Made by a program: the position numbers and the translations under genes
Notes under the pieces: generated by a model
Seen by the model: only the letters and a program-made list of their open reading frames with translations
What the model was told of the DNA's origin: nothing
Databases searched by the model: none
Assembly: GCA_016704435.1 (NCBI GenBank)
Contig: JADJAB010000018.1
Span: 3,436 to 67,435, forward strand
Reading direction: 5' to 3'
DNA from: Rhodobacter sp.
Lineage (GTDB): Bacteria > Pseudomonadota > Alphaproteobacteria > Rhodobacterales > Rhodobacteraceae
Length of the DNA: 64,000 nucleotides
In this document: piece after piece, positions 61,118 through 64,000 of the stretch
Layout: each line of letters opens with the position of its first letter
Numbering within the stretch: the stretch's first letter is position 1

Positions 61118-62292
61118 GCGACCATCAGGCGGCCGACGCCGTGGAAATGATAGACGTCGGCATAGGTGGGCGGTTCGCTCAGGCGCAGGCCGGGACAGCG
61201 CTGGAACAGGATCGGCAAGGCGATCTGCAGTTCCAGCCGTGCCAGCGGCGCACCGACGCAAAAGTGCAGTCCGGCGCCGAACGTCGCCAGCGGCATTGCC
61301 GGGCGCTCGGGGCGGAAGGTCGCGGGCCTTTCCCATTGGCCGGGATCGCGGTTGGCTGCGGCCAGCAACAGCCCCACCCTGTCGCCGCGACGAAAACTCT
61401 GGCCCATCACCTCGACGTCCTCATAGGCCCAGCGCGTGAACATGTGCAGCGCCGGGTCGAAGCGCAGGATCTCTTCCACCGTCCGCTCTATCTGCGCGAT
61501 CCCCAGCGCTTCGGGCGGTGTTCGATGCTCCAGCAGCGCCTTCACGCCATTGCCGAACGTATGCACTGTCGCCTCGTGCCCGGCGTTCAGGAGCAGGATA
61601 CAGGTCGAGATCAGTTCATCGCTCGACAGGCGCTCGCCTTTCTCCTCGGCGGCGATCAGGTGGGTGATCAGGTCATCCGCCGGCCGCGCCCGCCGCTCTT
61701 CGACATAGCCGCGCAGGAAGGCCGCGAAAGCCAGCGCGGCGGCCGCGGCGCGGTCTTCGGTCTCGCGCGTGCGGTTGGCCATGTACATGCCGACCATGGC
61801 GTTCGACCAGCGCAGGAGATCGGGCGCCATCTCCTCGGGCACGCCTAGAAGGCGGGCGATGATGCGTACTGGCAGCGGGGCGGCAAAGGCGGCCAGCAGG
61901 TCGAACGGGCCGTCAGGAAACCCCGCCGCCAGATCTTCGGCCAGGACTGCGATCTCGGGCGCCAGCGCCGCGATCCGGCGCGAGGTGAAGGCGCGCAGAA
62001 CCAGGCTGCGAAGGCGGGTATGGCGGGGCGGCTCCAGCTCCAGCATGGAATGCGCCTCGATGGCATGGAAGGGCGCCAGATGCGCCGGCAGTTCGGGCGC
62101 CAGTTCGGCCGGCACCTCGCGGCCGAAGCGGCGGTCGCGGAAGATCGCGTTCACGGCGGCAAAGCTGCCGGTGCAGGTCAGCCCGTAGTCGCGCCAATGG
62201 AAGAATGGCCCGGCCTTGCGGACACGTTCGTAGAACGGATAGGGGTTCTGGACGAAGCCCGGATCGGTCGGCGATTGCGACAGACCCTTCAC
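61111..62292 (-). CDS. cytochrome P450
   Basis: GTG start overlapping the EamA stop. AGHEAT, EILR and FGAGLHFCVG motifs. 393 aa. Confidence 0.93.
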   Translation of the reverse strand: MKGLSQSPTDPGFVQNPYPFYERVRKAGPFFHWRDYGLTCTGSFAAVNAIFRDRRFGREVPAELAPELPAHLAPFHAIEAHSMLELEPPRHTRLRSLVLRAFTSRRIAALAPEIAVLAEDLAAGFPDGPFDLLAAFAAPLPVRIIARLLGVPEEMAPDLLRWSNAMVGMYMANRTRETEDRAAAAALAFAAFLRGYVEERRARPADDLITHLIAAEEKGERLSSDELISTCILLLNAGHEATVHTFGNGVKALLEHRTPPEALGIAQIERTVEEILRFDPALHMFTRWAYEDVEVMGQSFRRGDRVGLLLAAANRDPGQWERPATFRPERPAMPLATFGAGLHFCVGAPLARLELQIALPILFQRCPGLRLSEPPTYADVYHFHGVGRLMVAR

Positions 62293-63241
62293 CTGCGCCC
62301 TCCGAAGGGCAGCGGCAGGATGCCTTGCGCCACCAGCACGCCCAGGCCCACCACCGTTGCCGCCAGCGCCTGCGACCAGTCCCATGCCTGGCCCAGAGCG
62401 AACAGGATCAGCATCACGTAGAAGGGTGCGGCATTGATATGCAGCGCCGACAGGCCGATCCCCAGCCGCTCGACCGACATGATCCACATCACCTGGCTGA
62501 CCCCCAGCGCGCCGACGCTGAGCAGCAGCATTGCCCCCACCTCGGCCCAGCCCCAGCCGGCAAATTGCGGCGCCGGGCCGCCCAGGCCCCATTGCAGCCC
62601 CGAAGCCGCCAGCACGGCCACCGCTGCCCCCGTCAGCGTCACCGCCGTGCGGCCCAGCGGCGTCTCGCGCGGAAAGGCCGTGACCGTCAGCCGCGACCCC
62701 AGGGCAAAGGCCACGACCGAGGCAAAGCACAAAAGCGCCCCGAGCCCCAGATTCATCCCGCCCGCGCCAAGGTCCAGCGCCATCACTCCTCCCGCCAACG
62801 AGAGCAACAGCCCGAGGATCAGCGCCAGCGTCAGCCTGCGCCCGTCCAGCATCACCTCAAGCGTGATGCCGACAACCGGCAAGGTCGAAGCGATCACCGC
62901 CGCCGTCACCGCCCCGCCGCGCGCCTGTCCCAGGATCAGGAACCAGGCCCCCAGCCCGATCAGGCTGCCGACCGCGATGCCCCTGGGCCAGTTCACGGCT
63001 TGCAGCGGTGCAATCCCCTCGCGCAGCACCCAGAATGGTACCAGCGCGCCAGCGGCCAGCGCCATGCGCAGCGCGGCCAGCTGGTCGCCAGGCAGAAGCG
63101 GGATCAGCCGGTCCGCCGCCGGCAGCCCCGACGCCCAGATCAACATCGAGATCATGCAGATCAGATTGGCCGCCAGCAGGCCGTTGGCGGGGCGCGCGGG
63201 CAGGGGGGCAGCGGCGGCAGGGGGGTGGAAGACAGGCTCAT
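62289..63241 (-). CDS. EamA/DMT-family transporter (probable indel in the first ~15 codons)
   Basis: Ten-TM pattern with LIWASG. The ATG at 63241 with an AGGAAGG RBS is out of frame by one base across a C-run. Confidence 0.85.
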
Positions 63242-63317
63242 CCCGCCTTCCTGCCCCACCAGACCCGTCCGGTCTGGCCCAGCCGCGACACCCCAAGGTC
63301 GCCGGGGGGCCGGGGAC

Positions 63318-64000
63318 TCAGGCCGACAGTGCCGCGATGATGGCGCCGAAATCGACGGCCTTCAGGCTGGCACCGCCCACCAGCGCACCATCGACATGCG
63401 CCACGGCAAAGATCTCGGCCGCGTTCGAGGGCTTGACCGAGCCGCCGTACAGAAGCCGCATCCCCGCAGCCTCGGCCCCGAACCTGCGTGTCAGCGTGGC
63501 GCGAATGGCTGCATGAACCTCGGCAATCTCGCCCAGGGTCGGCGTCCGGCCGGTGCCGATGGCCCAGACCGGCTCATAGGCGATGACGCAATTCTCCGCA
63601 CTCGCCTCTTCGGGCACCGATCCGGCCAGTTGCGCCCGCACGACGTCCAGCGTCTTGCCGGCGTCGCGCTGCGCCTCGGTCTCGCCAACGCAGATCACTG
63701 CAACCAGCCCCGCGCCCCAGGCCGCTTGCGCCTTTGCTGCAACCAGCGCATCGGCTTCGCCATGGTCTGCGCGACGTTCGGAATGACCCAGGATCACATG
63801 GCTGGCCCCGGCATCGGCCAGCATCGCGGCCGAGATGTCGCCGGTATGGGCGCCGGCCGCCTTCGGGTGGCAATCCTGCCCGCCCACCTTCAGGGCGCTT
63901 CCCTTGGCGGTCCAGGCCATCTGCGCGATCAGGGTCGCCGGCGGGCACAGAAGCACCTCGCAGCCCGGCGCCGGATGCGCTGCCAGCAACGCCTTCACCT
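63318..64000 (-). CDS. tpiA: triosephosphate isomerase (5' end outside the window)
   Basis: [32 protein letters not shown] and LVGGASL motifs. Confidence 0.97.
   Translation of the reverse strand, partial: VKALLAAHPAPGCEVLLCPPATLIAQMAWTAKGSALKVGGQDCHPKAAGAHTGDISAAMLADAGASHVILGHSERRADHGEADALVAAKAQAAWGAGLVAVICVGETEAQRDAGKTLDVVRAQLAGSVPEEASAENCVIAYEPVWAIGTGRTPTLGEIAEVHAAIRATLTRRFGAEAAGMRLLYGGSVKPSNAAEIFAVAHVDGALVGGASLKAVDFGAIIAALSA

Overview
High-GC alphaproteobacterial DNA, most likely Rhodobacteraceae/Paracoccaceae (inferred from gene content and order), in two halves. (1) Positions 1-32,336 are an accessory island. Its left 8 kb is a stack of insertion sequences: IS21, a 2.37-kb IS1-family element carrying two passenger genes, IS1634, an IS6 remnant and an IS5. 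These are followed by a ~23-kb, almost entirely minus-strand cluster for oxygen-independent methylated-amine oxidation, bracketed by two inverted IS5 copies. The cluster encodes a branched-chain-type ABC importer, a TPR-like protein, trimethylamine dehydrogenase, a membrane FadF/EMO-type Fe-S oxidoreductase, an LRV/HEAT-repeat solenoid, EtfBA, a damaged GcvT-like gene and a damaged DMT gene. A second module follows with dimethylamine dehydrogenase, an intact GcvT-like protein and a second EtfBA. A FadR-type regulator and a substrate-binding paralog with no signal peptide complete it. (2) Positions 32,337-64,000 are mostly core chromosome: dnaB, pyrE, pyrC, a glycosyltransferase cluster, gcdH/LysR, coxD/coxE/xdhC-type accessory genes with an OmpA-family gene, infC (ATA start), a RES-Xre toxin-antitoxin pair, the fpr-cysH-cysI-cysG operon with an Lrp regulator, a P450, EamA and tpiA, plus three families of short intergenic palindromic repeats. 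The most interesting system is the TMADH/DMADH module with its uncharacterised partners (LRV solenoid, FadF-type oxidoreductase, stand-alone GcvT-like protein, ABC importer, cytoplasmic binding protein). Caveats: many single-base homopolymer indels, including one in pyrE, and a 104-nt tract almost free of A/T suggest sequencing error, so most frameshift 'pseudogenes' are probably intact. No database searches were run; family calls rest on motifs and on recalled reference sequences.
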